64,000 bases of DNA, from the NCBI RefSeq assembly GCF_006345805.1, contig NC_043004.1, positions 61,008,001-61,072,000 on the forward strand, in the 5' to 3' direction. Below, one piece after another: positions 39,946 to 53,453 of this stretch. The notes beneath the pieces were generated by a model. The model saw only the letters and a list, made by a program, of their open reading frames with translations, did no database searches and was not told where the DNA came from. Origin of the DNA: Octopus sinensis (Eukaryota). Positions within the stretch are counted from its first letter, which is position 1; each line of letters opens with the position of its first letter. The position numbers and the translations under genes are program-made.

Positions 39946-41370
39946 AGTAAAGCTATAAATAATAGGATGTAAATATTGGGTGGGAAAATGTTTGGATAGA
40001 AAAAGTCGACGGCTGCACGTGGGTCACGAACCTAGAACTGCTACGGGTATGAAAGGTGCCCTACTATTGTATCAAAGCAACCCATGAGAATTCTTTATCT
40101 ACTATAGAAAACTCGTTCTTACATATGTGAATTGTATTTTGTTGCCTTCATAAGATTTTATAAACCCCCGAAGCAATGTGGTTAATTGTCTTTTGGAATT
40201 AGATCTTGAAGTACATATAAAGCAAGATATAAACTTTATATATACTTCTATATTGAATTCTCAAAAATAATTACTCCACGCTTTCTGGAATGTTTATAAA
40301 TTTTTATGGTTTCACAAACAAACATACTACATACAGCATACATACATGCACGTCAAGCACATATAACTAGATAAGTATATAGATAGATAGCTCCATAAAA
40401 GATACATATGTGCTAGAATGTATGAATGTATTTCTATACACTCTTTCACACGCATACATAGTTGCCTGTTGAATTTATAGTACAAGTTGCATTTCCGAAG
40501 ATAGAATACCATTTATATGCCCCCAAAACATTGCCAAATTCTCGAAAAAAAAAAGACAAATGTTCCTTCAAGAATAGATGATTCGTGCCATTCAACAAAT
40601 TTTCATGAGCAAAGAAAGAACTTTCATAGCCAAATCTCTGAAATATTTTGCTAAAAGCCCAATCTTGAAAAGAGCCGGTCAACCATTTATTCCGATGTGC
40701 AGAGTAATGTGTGAGTGTGAATGTGTGTATATGTTAGGTGCGCTTTTGTATCTGGTGCACTTGTGAGTATATGTATGTTTCTTTTACGTGTTAAATTTGC
40801 CTGCAACCAGATGAAAGTGCGCACAAGTGTATAAGTTTGCATGCGATTGCGAGTGTTTAGTTTTTATATATGTGAAATAGGCCAGAAAATACTTTTGGGT
40901 GAAAGCGGGATAATGTGCCAAGCGTACATATATATATGTATTCATGGAGAGCAGGTGTATGAGTGTGTATGTGAAAAGTGTAGTATGTATGCATCATATA
41001 TACGTGCATATATAAGTGTCCCTTTATAAATGTGTGCTTATGTTCATGTATTTTGTGATATAAAATTTTTGTTTGGATCTACAGTGTATATGTATATGAA
41101 TGTGAAAACTTATTACATCTTCTTCATTGGTGGTTATGAATTGTATGTACATGTATATGTGTGTATGTGTTTGCAACCACAAAGGACGCATGTATTTACT
41201 TGCTTTTGAACCTTTGCATGTGTTACAATTTCTTCTTGATATGTTTTAAGTGATTGTACATGGGTGAGTGAATTTCGAATGGGGATAAGAGCGGGCGAGC
41301 GTGTATGTGTTTCAGTATTGGCAGGCCTATGCTAGTGCTTCACAAGTGTGCTCTGAAGCGCCCGTGGCTG

Positions 41371-41449
<79 letters not shown>

Positions 41450-41892
41450 TACACATACATACATATAGTTGAAATTTACAGAGAAACAAAAGACGAAGAC
41501 AGGTGTATAAACAACAAGCAGGTGAGAAAGTCTACGTTTTGAGCTCTTCAACTGCAAGAAGACGAGGATATAAACAAAGGGAGTAAAATAAATTAATAAA
41601 AAAACAGGTGAGAGTCAGATATGCAAGGTATAGAAAACAGGTAGTAGTGCTCTAGTGAATTTGTGCTTAAAATTCAAATTCTTGATCCGGGACAAATTCC
41701 ACAGCACCAGGAATAGCTATAAGAGAAATCCAACCCGAGCTGATACGGATGGAGTGCTGCAGATAAATGGATTAGGCTTCACACACACACACACACACAC
41801 ACATATATACACATACATACATATGTATGCACACACATACATACGTGATGAAGAAGCATGATTGGTCAGAGGTCATACAATTATGAGGTAGT

Positions 41893-42180
41893 GAGTTCTA
41901 TTCTCAGGCCGGGCAGTGTGTTGTGTTCTTGAGCAAGACACTTTATTTCACGTTGCTCCAGTTCACTCAGCTGCAGAAATGAGTTGCGATGTGACTGGTG
42001 TCCAGCAGTATCGGCCTTTGTCTTTCCTTTGGATAACATCGGTGGTGTGGAGGGGAGGCTGGTATGCATGAGCGACTGCTGGTTTTCCATAAACAGCCTT
42101 GCCTGGACTTGTGCCTGGAGTAGGGGGTAACTTTCTAGGTGCAATCCCATGGTCATTCATGACCGAGGGCGTTTTTACCG
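41893..42180 (+). mobile_element. SINE family E
   Basis: GAGTTCTATTC B-box-like, TGTTCTTGAGCAAGACACTTTATTTCACGTTGCTCCAGTTCACTCAG core, end ATCCCATGGTCATTCATGACCGA. Confidence 0.7.
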
Positions 42181-42458
42181 TTTTTTATACACACACACAC
42201 ACACACACACATACACACGTACACACACACATAATTAGTTGTAAAGAACGGAGAAAAAGACAACAGGAAAAAAGCAACAACGTGAGGACGCAGCACATGT
42301 AAAGTATTAATAATACGCTCAGAGATGGAAAGGAGTGGTTGTTTAACATTTCGAGCATACCTCTTCTTCAGAATCAGGTAACATAGGAAAGTCCAAAGGA
42401 AAAGGAAGAAGGAGGAAAAAATCGTCAACAGTCCACATTTATACAATATGTTTATATA

Positions 42459-42660
42459 GGCGCAGGAGTGGCTGTGTGGTAAGTAGCTTGTTTACCAACC
42501 ACATGGTTCCGGGTTCAGTCCCACTGCGTGGCACCTTGGACAAGTGTCTTCTACTATAGCCTCGGGCCGACCAATGCCTTGTGAGTGGATTTGGTAGACG
42601 GAAACTGAAAGAAGCCTGTCGTATATATGTGTATATATATATATAAATGTGTGTATATGT
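42459..42660 (+). mobile_element. SINE family B, 5' half
   Basis: Near-identical to 51318-51520. Confidence 0.9.
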
Positions 42661-42880
42661 TTTGCGGAGGGTCGAAATTGGTGACAAGAACCGGACAAAC
42701 AGGGAGGGTTGCTAAGCCTAAACAAGTTTGTGGTGGCGAATGCAAAGAAACAAGCTTGGACAAGAGAGAGACAAGAATACATCTTCCTTGTCCAGCTGCA
42801 ACAGGAAGAAAGAACCACAAGTTAAGGAAAGAAAGAAAAGTGGCCGATGATTACGTGGGAGCCACGTAAGCAAAGGAGGA

Positions 42881-42944
42881 AGAGTGAGGGAGAGACAGTG
42901 ACCCCTTCACAGTTCTCCGTCTGTCACTGTCTCTCACTCACTCT
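42881..42944. other. 22-bp hairpin (1 mismatch, 20-nt loop), pre-miRNA-like geometry
   Basis: AGAGTGAGGGAGAGACAGTGAC / GTCACTGTCTCTCACTCACTCT. Confidence 0.5.
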
Positions 42945-43166
42945 AGGCCATTGCAGGAGCTGGTCCTTAATACTGAGCGAGTCGATGGTACCGTCGGTAT
43001 AATTCAATGACGTCCTGTTCTGTCATTTGTATAACATTGAATGCCGAAATTAGGTACTAGCCTTTCTAAAATATTCTGTATGTAGATTATTACAAAGGTC
43101 CTCCAGAGGGTCGGCATAACTTCTCGGTCTCTCTGATATATATATATAATATATATATATATATAT

Positions 43167-43221
<55 letters not shown>

Positions 43222-43895
43222 ATACATATATAGAGAGATAGATAGATGGATAGACGGATAAATAAATGTGCATGTATGTTTGAGATGATGCGTATATCGT
43301 TAATCATATACTTGCACAAATATTTATCAACTTACATGCGTACATATGTATACACATAGACACACACGTACGCACAACACACACACTTATACACATATAT
43401 ATACGCATATATGTATATTCATACTGCACACACGTTCTTAAACAACAGGAGATTTTGAGTACTAATGGGTAGACGGTTATAAAGTACATATGTTTTTAAA
43501 TATAGAAAGAAACAGGTTGGCACCTGTGTGTTCCTGTGTACATGTGTACGTAACTATGCATTTCTTATTAGTAAAAAATGTTAGGATAACTTCATTATGT
43601 TGGATGTGGACTTTCAACTATCCACGATTACAACAGAACAAAATTCAGCAAAGAACGCACAGCTGTTTCGATATTACATTCTTGTCTGGTGATTACCCAA
43701 AGGACGCTCTTACTATATAAAAATGTGTGTAGCAAAATTTTGGTACAGAAACTCTAACCAGCACATTGAATATTTCCCCTTGCCAGATATTGAGTTCTGC
43801 TTTACTTTCATGCAGCATTGCCTAGTCTGAAGTACGCTGCGATAAATCATTAAATCAATGAATTAATTAAAAAAACTCAATGAATTAATCAATCA

Positions 43896-44140
<245 letters not shown>

Positions 44141-44148
44141 CAAAATAA

Positions 44149-44379
44149 GGCGACGAGCTGGCAGAAACGTTAGCACACCGGGCGAAATGCGTAGCCGTAT
44201 TTCGTCTGCCGTTACGTTCTGAGTTCAAATTCCACTGAGGTCGACTTTGCCTTTCATCCTTTCGGGGTCGATAAATTAAGTACCAGTTACGCACTGGGGT
44301 CGATATAATCGACTTAATCCGTTTGTCTGTCCTTATTTGTCCCCTCTGTGTTTAGCCCCTTGTGGGTAGTAAAGAAATA
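44149..44379 (+). mobile_element. SINE family A, full length, well conserved
   Basis: Complete head, body and tail. Confidence 0.92.
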
Positions 44380-45864
44380 TATATATACAGAGAGAGAGAG
44401 AGAGGGGGAGAGCGAAAGAGAGAGAGAGAGAAAGAGAGAGAGAATTAGGTATATAACTACACCAGATTTGAAAGTTAGAGAGAAGGTGGAGGAAGAAATG
44501 ACAACTAAATGCTATACAGACATGTTTACACTTCTTTACTTATATGTTTGTATGCGTGTGTTTTATCATAAAGTTCGAAATACTCAGAACAAGCTAATTT
44601 GTAAATAAATACTTGAAGTTATTGAAAATTTTCTCATATTCTTGCTCACCCTTACACATACCATATGTCTGTTTGTTCAGACTTCAACATAAATATTGAC
44701 GTTTCGTTATCAAAAACAAAATATCAACAGCAAGCACTCGCCATATTCGTTGTTTATATGGAATACTGTTTATATAAAGTGAAATGAAGTTCAATATTTG
44801 TAGCAGAGTAAATGTGCGACAATTACCATTCACCCAGCTCAATAAAAAGAAGTGGCTGTGCTACTAAAAGACTCGTTCTACGATAATTCTTAAAATTATT
44901 GCATCTATCTCAATAATATACCAAGTCACATTTTATCAGGTAATAAACCAAGGTGTGAGAAGTTTGGAAATCAATAATTATGCTAAACCATTATATATTT
45001 AACTGTTAAACGGCGAGATACTGTTTAAGAAGTGTGTAATGTTTGAGACAGAATCTTTAATTGGTGAACAGAAATGTCAGAGGATTCTGGTGGATGAATA
45101 TATTGGCATTAATAAAAGATGTGGAAGATGGAAAAAGGGAGGTAGAGGTGCGAATAATAAGTATTGGTGGAGAATTGTGAACGCTAGAATAGAGAAAAAA
45201 GTAAATAAACAAATCCAAGGCAAGCAAATGGGAGGCGGGGGAGGTACGAGAAAGAAACGACACACAGACATGCAAACTCGTACACATTTTTCTTTTCTAG
45301 TTTCAGCTCAGAGCTGCGGCCATGCTGATGCACCGCCGTTTATGTATTTTCTCAATATACATACAAACACATACACACAAACACACACAGCAACGCGCAC
45401 ACACACTGACAAACGCACACATGTACATACAAGCACACATACATACTCGTTAGCAAAGATTCTCCATTGATAGAAGAATCAAGACCCCACATTTTCGATC
45501 GATGTCAGAGACGCAGCATTTGACAATGTAGAAATATGCAAGCTTGTTGGCCGAAAAGCGTAACGTATATTTACTCAGAGAGCCCGACATATATTTGGTT
45601 TAGAGGCATCTCAGCATACAAATAGACAGTATTGATAGAAAAGACATTATTAATAGCTTCAAGAATATCCTGGATGTGGATCTCATTATATACATAGTTA
45701 TGTATAAATATTGCAGCAAACCTGATAAAAACACTTATACATCAATATGGACTATCGTGAACCACATATAGTTTTCCATTATCTGAATAATATTATACAA
45801 TTATATCTAGAATGAGGAAGGATTGCTACTGATTTCATTAATGGTTTCAAATTTTGACACAGAG

Positions 45865-46155
45865 TCAAAAGGAGAGGACTAAGTCGATCACATTGACCCC
45901 ACTACTCAACTGGTACTTAATTTATCGACAGCGAAAGGATGAACGGCAAAGTCGGCGAGCTGGCAGAATTGATAGCACGGAGGACAAAATGCTAAACGGT
46001 ATTTCGTCCGTCTTTACGCTCTGAGTTCAAATTCCGTTGGCATTGTCTTTCATCCCTTCGGGGCAGATAAATGCCAGTAGAATACTGAGGTCGATGTAAT
46101 CGAATTACTCCACTCCCCAGTATTTGCAGGCCTTGTACCAAAAGCTGAACACAAT
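45865..46155 (+). mobile_element. Two degenerate SINE A copies
   Basis: A minus-strand tail fragment joined to a plus-strand GGCGAGCTGGCAGAA head. Confidence 0.7.
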
Positions 46156-46780
46156 TTTAAGTGGAAAATTCACAAAAAAGCGGGGAAGAAATGTGTGATA
46201 TGTGAAATTGCGAAGAAACCCATACTAAAGATAATAAATACGCACATTATCTGAAAGTATGTTAAGAAGACCCTATTAAACGTCCTTATTTACTAAATAT
46301 GTAAAACAGAATAACTCATAGCTATACTAGTAAATACACGAGCATGTAACTGTGACCTCCTTCTCGTCTAATAAACTCATATTCTTCATTATCTTTCTAA
46401 AGATAATATGTACTGTTTTAGAACATTACATATAATTGTAATTTTACTTGTACTTGTTTCGGTCATTAGACTGCGGGTCATGCTGGGGTATCGCCTAGAT
46501 ATTTAACATTCATTATATTCTGACTTTTGGTACTGCATATTTACTGAACTTCTTAAAATAATTATAAATCCAAATGTTGATGAGAGGGATGTTGCGAATC
46601 GCACATCTTAAGATGGTGGAGTTTGTAACAGCAGCGATACTGGCACTGCTAATAGCAGCAGGTGATGGTGTTCCCTGCATCATATAATAAACAAGATATA
46701 TCTAGAAAACAGAGAACTAGAATGACAAATGCCAGGTGTGTCATAATGACACTAATAGCCATATATACACATATATCTAA

Positions 46781-47218
46781 ATATGCATCAAATGAAATAA
46801 AAAAAAACAGAACACAAAGGATGTCGCGGTACACGTGTTTCAAGCTTTATAGAACAACCTATTCTTACATCAATGTATAATCGACATAACAGATGGTTCA
46901 AAGCTCTCTTCAGCCGCATGCAATTGCTATACCAAAGACTTCCATCCCATTATGAAAAAAACCGAATATGTACATTTTATATTATCTATAATGGTGGGTA
47001 TATTGAGTTTCACTGAGAAAGTAAGATTGTAAATCTTATGATTTTTTCCTAATGGGATGGAAGTCTTTGGTATAGCAATTGCATGCGGCTGAAGAGAGCT
47101 TTAAACCATCTGTTATGTCGACTATACATTGATGTAAGAATAGGTTGTTGTATAAAGCTTGAAACACGTGTACCGCGACATCCTTTGTGTTCTGTTTTTT
47201 ATTTCATTTGATGCATAT
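46781..47218. repeat. Inverted repeat with arms of about 178 bp and an 81-bp spacer
   Basis: 46781-46960 is the reverse complement of 47042-47218 with few mismatches. Confidence 0.92.
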
Positions 47219-47366
47219 ACCCTCTCACCTCTGCTACTTGCTGGCAAATACAGGTGCTTACACTTATCAAGTATTCACCCTGAATTTATTGTACCTACCT
47301 GACCATATATCTAAATATGTATGTATATATTTATGCATGTATGTATATATATGTATATCTATATCA

Positions 47367-47482
<116 letters not shown>

Positions 47483-48006
47483 GTGTGTGCGTGTGTGTGT
47501 GTGTGTGCTTGTGTGTGTATGTGTGTGTATGTGCAGAACACAGCAACTCCAAATTCGATATAAATTTGTACAGTACCTGATGTAGTTTTCTATTTTGTGT
47601 ATACTGAATATATTTGTGTTACATATTTATGTTATAGTAATTTTCTATGGTTTTATAAATATCCTAAGAATTGCCCATGTAGTCTGTCTTAAGATAATCT
47701 TGAAATAATACTAACATCAGGGCGCTAGGAGCCATTTCAGACGACCTTTCCATTTTAAGTTTTTTATTTCTTGATAGTTCTAAAGAAGAAAAAGGATAAA
47801 TGTATGATGGCGGGCGTTGCTCTCTATTCTCCTTCTAAGTTATAAAATGAGAAATTGTAAACAATTCTGCTTTCATTTCTATGACGATAGACACGATTCT
47901 TTTTATAGGAATTCGAAGTGATTACAAAGAATCTTCTCTCGATTTGCGCTTGTCTGCATGTGCGCAGGCGCACATACATACTTCTTTTGTTGATTGTACA
48001 CACACG

Positions 48007-48050
<44 letters not shown>

Positions 48051-48054
<4 letters not shown>

Positions 48055-49247
48055 CTCATCCCATAAATAATGCGTTTCTTTATATTTTTATGTTCAAAAT
48101 TGACATAAGCAATTTTTAAAAAATCAAAAATATACTCTCCTTCATTTTCTAAAATGCTCTTTCAAGGTCTCCTCTTCCAAAATTCATTTGTCCATGACAA
48201 AAAATATTCCTGCACTACTGTTCTGATCTCATCTACAGAATTCATGTTCTCCAGTCCAAACGATTTTCAAACATTCGAAATAAATGATAATCAGATGGGG
48301 CAATGTCCGGCGAGTATAGTGTGTGGAGCATCGTTTCCCATTCAAACTACTCCAGCCTTTGGAATGTCATCCTCGCTGTATGTGGCCGAGCATTATCCTA
48401 ATGGAAGCACACCTTTCGTCTTGGAACCAAAGGTGGTCGTTTTTCTTCTAGTGCTGACTGAAGCTGCCCAAGCTGCTGGCAGTAGATCTCCTTTGTTATT
48501 GTTTGTTTCGGTTTCAAACTTCAAACTGGACTAAACCTTTCATATCCCACCAAATAGATAACAACACCTTACGTGGGTGAAGACCTTCTTTAGCCTGGGG
48601 TGCCGGTGTTTCCTTTTCCCTACCCACTCTCTTTGGCGCTTGATATTTTCATAGAGAAAGCAAAGAAGAGCACACATCACTCTCTGCACGCGATTAGACG
48701 CGGAAATTTTGTGAGGAACTCCTTGACCGAACTTGCTGACTTTTCCGATTGCACACAGGTGTCGATGAATGCTTGGATGACTGAATACAAGCTTCCCTGC
48801 TACTTCCTCGACAGCTACGATGGGATTTTGTTCTACCAGGGTTTGCAGGACGTCCTCGTCGCGCTCTACAGATCTCCCCGGACGAGGCACAACTTCTAGG
48901 CTGTAGTTTCCGGCTCGGAGTTTCTGGAAGCCCCGTTGACAGATGCTTACGTTTATTGTTCAATCCGCATATAATGCATTAATATTCCTCACATTTTTCG
49001 TTGCGTTGTTGCCTTTATTGAACTCATAAATCAAAATATGACGAACATGTTCCGTTGTCACTTTCGTTATAGTTTTGAAAAAATAACTTTTAAAACCGAA
49101 CTGCACTTTCAAAAATTGAACAAAGAATAAGTACAAGGTAAAATTACTACCTAATGTTATAGCAAGTTGATGCAGGTTATTTATCCAGCCCACTCCAACT
49201 TTCGTTCACGCAATGGAAAAATCCGCATTATTTATGGGATTAACTAA
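48051..49247 (-). mobile_element. Near full-length mariner (DD34D) transposon, inactivated
   Basis: TIRs TTAG(C/T)T(C/A)ATCCCATAAATAATGCG flanked by TA; EHVRHILIYEFNKG, PRPGRS, VPHK, LHPRKVLLSIWWDMKG, H*DNARPH, YSPDIAPSDYHLF. Confidence 0.93.
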
Positions 49248-49289
49248 TATGTACACGCACACCCACACAAACATATTATATATATATGC

Positions 49290-49349
<60 letters not shown>

Positions 49350-49612
49350 GTATGTATCGATGTACTGTGCGAGTGCGAATACAAATGCACAAAATATATA
49401 TATATACAATATATACATATCCATAAACATTTTTACATACACACATCATATAGAGAGATACATAAGTAGACACACTGATATATATATGTATACACACACA
49501 CACACACCAATAAAAAGAATTCCAACCTTTAAAATCAGACAAGGTTGGAATTCCATTTATTAATATATTCTTCTATACACAATCACCCCCCCGTATATAT
49601 ATATACACACAA

Positions 49613-49653
<41 letters not shown>

Positions 49654-49668
49654 CGTTTAAATATATAT

Positions 49669-49702
<34 letters not shown>

Positions 49703-50004
49703 GATATATATATAGATATTTAAATATATGTATATGTTAGTGTCATTATTTATGACACACTTGGTATTTGTCGTTCTATTTCCCTATTTTCTGGACATAT
49801 TCTCATTATGATATGAAAGACAGATCACCCTCACCTGCTGCAATTAGCATTTCCACTGGCACGTCTATAACAAGCTCCACCATCGTAAGCATAGGCGCTG
49901 CCTCCATCGCCACCGCCACCTGCACCATCACTATCATCAACTCTTTAAATTATGGTCACTTACGACTACCAGCTTCTTAAAATATAAAACCACTAGTTGT
50001 AACC

Positions 50005-50150
50005 TTCTTCTTCTTCTTCCTTCTTCTTCTTCTTCTTCTTCTTCTTCTTCTGTCTTCTTCTTATTTTCTCCTTCTTCTTCTTCTTCTTCTTCTTCTTCTT
50101 CTTCTTCTTCTTCTTCTTTCTTCTTCTTCTTTCTTCTTCTTCTTCTTCTT
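50005..50150. repeat. (CTT)n microsatellite abutting the R4 3' end
   Basis: Direct reading. Confidence 0.95.
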
Positions 50151-51200
50151 AACGTTGTTGTTTTTTGCAGTTATGGAAATCATTGCACGGTATCCAAAAC
50201 TGTGATGCTGTAGATTGAAGATATATCGGGAAATAGTACAAGGACCTCCAACAGACAGCACTTTCGGAATATGCTTTCCAAGTGAAGCCATCTTTTGCTA
50301 TATACCATGACTGAAGGCTATTTCTAAAATGTCCAGATGTTTCTTCCGTTTCGGTGGTATTGAACTCAAAGTTCTGGAACAAACTTTGACTCACGCAGCT
50401 GCGACATCTTAGCGATCATAATTTTCACATCTCCATATTTATTGACATTTTCTCTTTCTATCATGACAATATAGTAATCACTTGACTCTACCACGTCTAT
50501 TATTAGACATTCTTATTTTTCCCTCTAAAAGGCTGCAATGCTCGGCGTTTGGTGTTTTAACACTTCATCTGTTTGGTAGTGAAAGTTCCAGATTTTTGCC
50601 TGCCCGTTTCCGTCCATTATTTTTACCGGTGTAAGTTGGTACCAAGCACCCATTACTTCATTTCCATACTTCTGTTACAGTTGCCAGTGAAGATTTAGAG
50701 CTACCTTGTCGTATCTGCACTTCTATTCTTGTACAAGCGTTAGCGATGTGAGTGGTGCTTTCGATTGTCTTCCCCGCACATTCGTAGTACATGTGTGGTA
50801 TATATCACTTTTCGGAGTTGACATACATTGCCCATTACTGCCCAGTAATTATCAGGCTTTCAGTCTTCTTTTAAGGTCGACTTTGCTAAGCCACATCCTT
50901 GATGTTTCCTGTTCTTTTAAGCTGTTAATCTTGCGGTGGAAGCGACTATGTAATTCAGTATGGAATTGCTGTTTTTTCTCTCACGTCGGATATTCGTGAT
51001 CAGAATTCATTATGACTATCAAATCTATTGTTGGTAAATCCTTCTTCATTGACAGCTTTTATGAACAGTTTTAAATTATACGTAGAGAGAAGGTGATTGA
51101 CAGGAGGTCGATTCTTCCTCCGCTCGTTGAGCGTGTTGACTTTTGCATAGAACTAGAAAAAGTGAGATCAAGTCTATAAAAAAGAGCGAAGGTAGACAAA
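50150..51200 (-). mobile_element. R4/Dong-clade non-LTR 3' remnant (CCHC zinc finger and restriction-like endonuclease)
   Basis: RMWLSKVDLK..ESLI; RMCGED..STTHIANAC; DKVALNLHWQL*QKYG..WYQLTP..AKIWNFHYQTDEVLKHQTPSI; KKHLDILEI..QKMASLG..KVLS. Confidence 0.75.
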
Positions 51201-51317
51201 GAATCTGTTTGTATGACATCATATTTGATTGCTACTGGTTGTTATGGAAAATACATTTTTCCATCTAGGCGTATTGGTGTTGATCAGTACACGCACATTC
51301 TCAGCTACTCCACACAT

Positions 51318-51736
51318 AGGCGCAGGAGTGGCTGTGTGGTAAGTAGCTTGCTAACCAACCACATGGTTGCGGGTTTAGTCCCACTGCGTGGCATCTTGGG
51401 CAAGTGTCTTCTGCTATAGCCCCGGGCCGACCAATGCCTTGTGAGTGGATTTGGTAGACGGAAACTGAAAGAAGCCTGTCGTATATATGTGTATATATAT
51501 ATAAGTGTGTGTATATGTTTGTGTGTCTGTGTTTGTCCCCCTAGCATTGCTTGACAACCGATGCTGGTGTGTTTACGTCCCCGTCACTTAGCGGTTCGGC
51601 AAAAGAGACAGATAGAATAAGTACTGGACTTACAAAAAGAATAAGTCCCGGGGTCGAGTTGCTCGACTAAAGGCGGTGCTCCAGCATGGCCGCAGTCAAA
51701 TGACTGAAACAAGTAAAAGAGTAAAAGAGTAAAGAG
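51318..51736 (+). mobile_element. SINE family B, full length
   Basis: GGCGCAGGAGTGGCTGTGTGGTAAG head, GGGCAAGTGTCTTCT CORE-like block, (GTAAAAGA)n tail. Confidence 0.92.
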
Positions 51737-51832
51737 AATATCAAGTATTACAAAAACCCACGAATGCAGCAACATACCATAAGCCTTTTTATAGTCTATC
51801 CCGGCCATGCACAAGTTAATCGTTAGGACACT
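51737..51832 (-). mobile_element. R4-clade RT micro-fragment
   Basis: INLCMAGIDYKKAYGMLLHSWV matches NLxMAWIDYKKAYDxVPHSWI. Confidence 0.7.
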
Positions 51833-52026
51833 GGAGAAATGCTTAGCGGCATTTAGTTCGTCTTTATGTTCTGAGTTCAAATGCTGCAAGAGCTGACCCT
51901 GGCTTTCATCCATTCGAGGTCGATAAAGTAAGAACGAGTTGAACACTGGGGCCAACGAAATCGACCTCGAAATTGCTGGCCTTGTGCTAAAATTTGAAAC
52001 GATGATTATTATTAGTGTTGTTATTA

Positions 52027-52091
<65 letters not shown>

Positions 52092-52196
52092 GTTGTTGTT
52101 GTTGTTGTTGTTGTTATCATTATTGTTATGATTATTATTATTATTATTGTTATTGTTGTTGTTGTTGTTATCATTATTGTTATTATTATTATTATT

Positions 52197-52749
52197 GAGT
52201 GAGAGAGCAGTGCATGCCATCAAAGTGACACTGGGGTAAAATATACGAAGCCCAATATACCCATCATGACTAACGTCTGATAAAGGTACACCAGGCACTT
52301 GCATCACAACCATATGTGCGCGACATGGTGATCTCATATCAAGATAAACAGCACATGACCTTGCAGGTGGGGCCCAGTTAGAATTTTCTTCAGGTTGAGT
52401 AGCCCATCCCGCTCAAACGGTCCCTGAATAAGGGTTGTTTAAGGACGTTGAAAGAACCACCCATGTTTCCAGAGGTGAATTATTCAAACCCCAAAGAATC
52501 CCTCTCAACACATGGCTATGATGCTCCCCCACTACTTCTGCTCGTGATCAGAGATGCACATCTCGTCAGCCACTAAGGGACATGCTCAACTGGTTAAGGT
52601 CAAACAACTGACAAGCAAATCTGTGGTATTGAGCAGAATATTTGCTGTAGCCCATCTTTTATACCAAGACAAAACAATGTACATGATAACACTTCCAATC
52701 AGTTAAGATCAGAAGCCATGAGAGCCACTGCCTGGTACTGCATCAGGGC

Positions 52750-52752
<3 letters not shown>
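52197..52752 (-). mobile_element. Non-coding ~555-bp repeat family D, copy 1, flanked by (ATT)n
   Basis: Near-identical to 54000-54545; both ends embedded in (ATT)n. Orientation inferred from the neighbouring R4 fragments. Confidence 0.8.
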
Positions 52753-52803
<51 letters not shown>

Positions 52804-52834
52804 CATCATTATTATTATTATTATTATTATTTGG

Positions 52835-53372
52835 TTCGACTCAGGTTCATAGGATTTATGTGGGTAGCGGTCACTACCGGTAACCTTAGTTATTCACAAG
52901 TTTTCGGTAATCTTTCAAGTGCTTAGAAACCTTCTGATAATCCTTGTTGTTCCCAAGAGACAGACTTTCTGTACGAGATCCAGCGGGCATTCCATTCCAG
53001 TCTCCTTCAGTCACTTGTCTATATCTTTGCTCAGTTTTCCCAGTGACCCAATAATTATAGGCACGGCTGTTACAGTTCTCATAATCCAAATTCTTCCAAT
53101 TTCACATTTTAAGGGATTGTAATTTTTCTTTTTTTCTCCCTCTTCCTTTACGACCCTGGAATCAAACGGGCATGACGGTTCGATTAGTAAGCAGATTCCT
53201 TTTTCCATATCTTTAATTGCTATGTCCGATGTATTATGTTCTAATTTCACACAAAATCTTACATTTCTCTGACTTCAGTTCTCTTTCGACTCGATGACTG
53301 TACCAGGATTTTCCGGCTGCAAACCTCCATCTCTGGCGAAGTTCCCAGTGTAAAATTTTTACCACCTGGTCA
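52835..53372 (-). mobile_element. R4/Dong-clade restriction-like endonuclease fragment between (ATT)n tracts
   Basis: DQVVKILHWELRQRW..WYSH..KIL; HNTSDIAIKDMEKGICLLIEPSCPFDSRVVKEEGEKKKNYNPLKCEIGRIWIMRTVTAVPIIIGSLG. Confidence 0.85.
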
Positions 53373-53410
53373 TTATCATTATTATTATTATAAATTATTA
53401 TTATTATTAA

Positions 53411-53453
<43 letters not shown>

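Noticed and set aside
46574-46687. Signal-peptide-like short ORF MVEFVTAAILALLIAAGDG
   Set aside because: Stops after a few more codons; better explained as a decayed (AGC/AGT)n repeat.
52690-52752. HDV-like ribozyme at the family D 5' end
   Set aside because: No P1 partner for GCCCTGA, or a nested double pseudoknot, could be found by eye.
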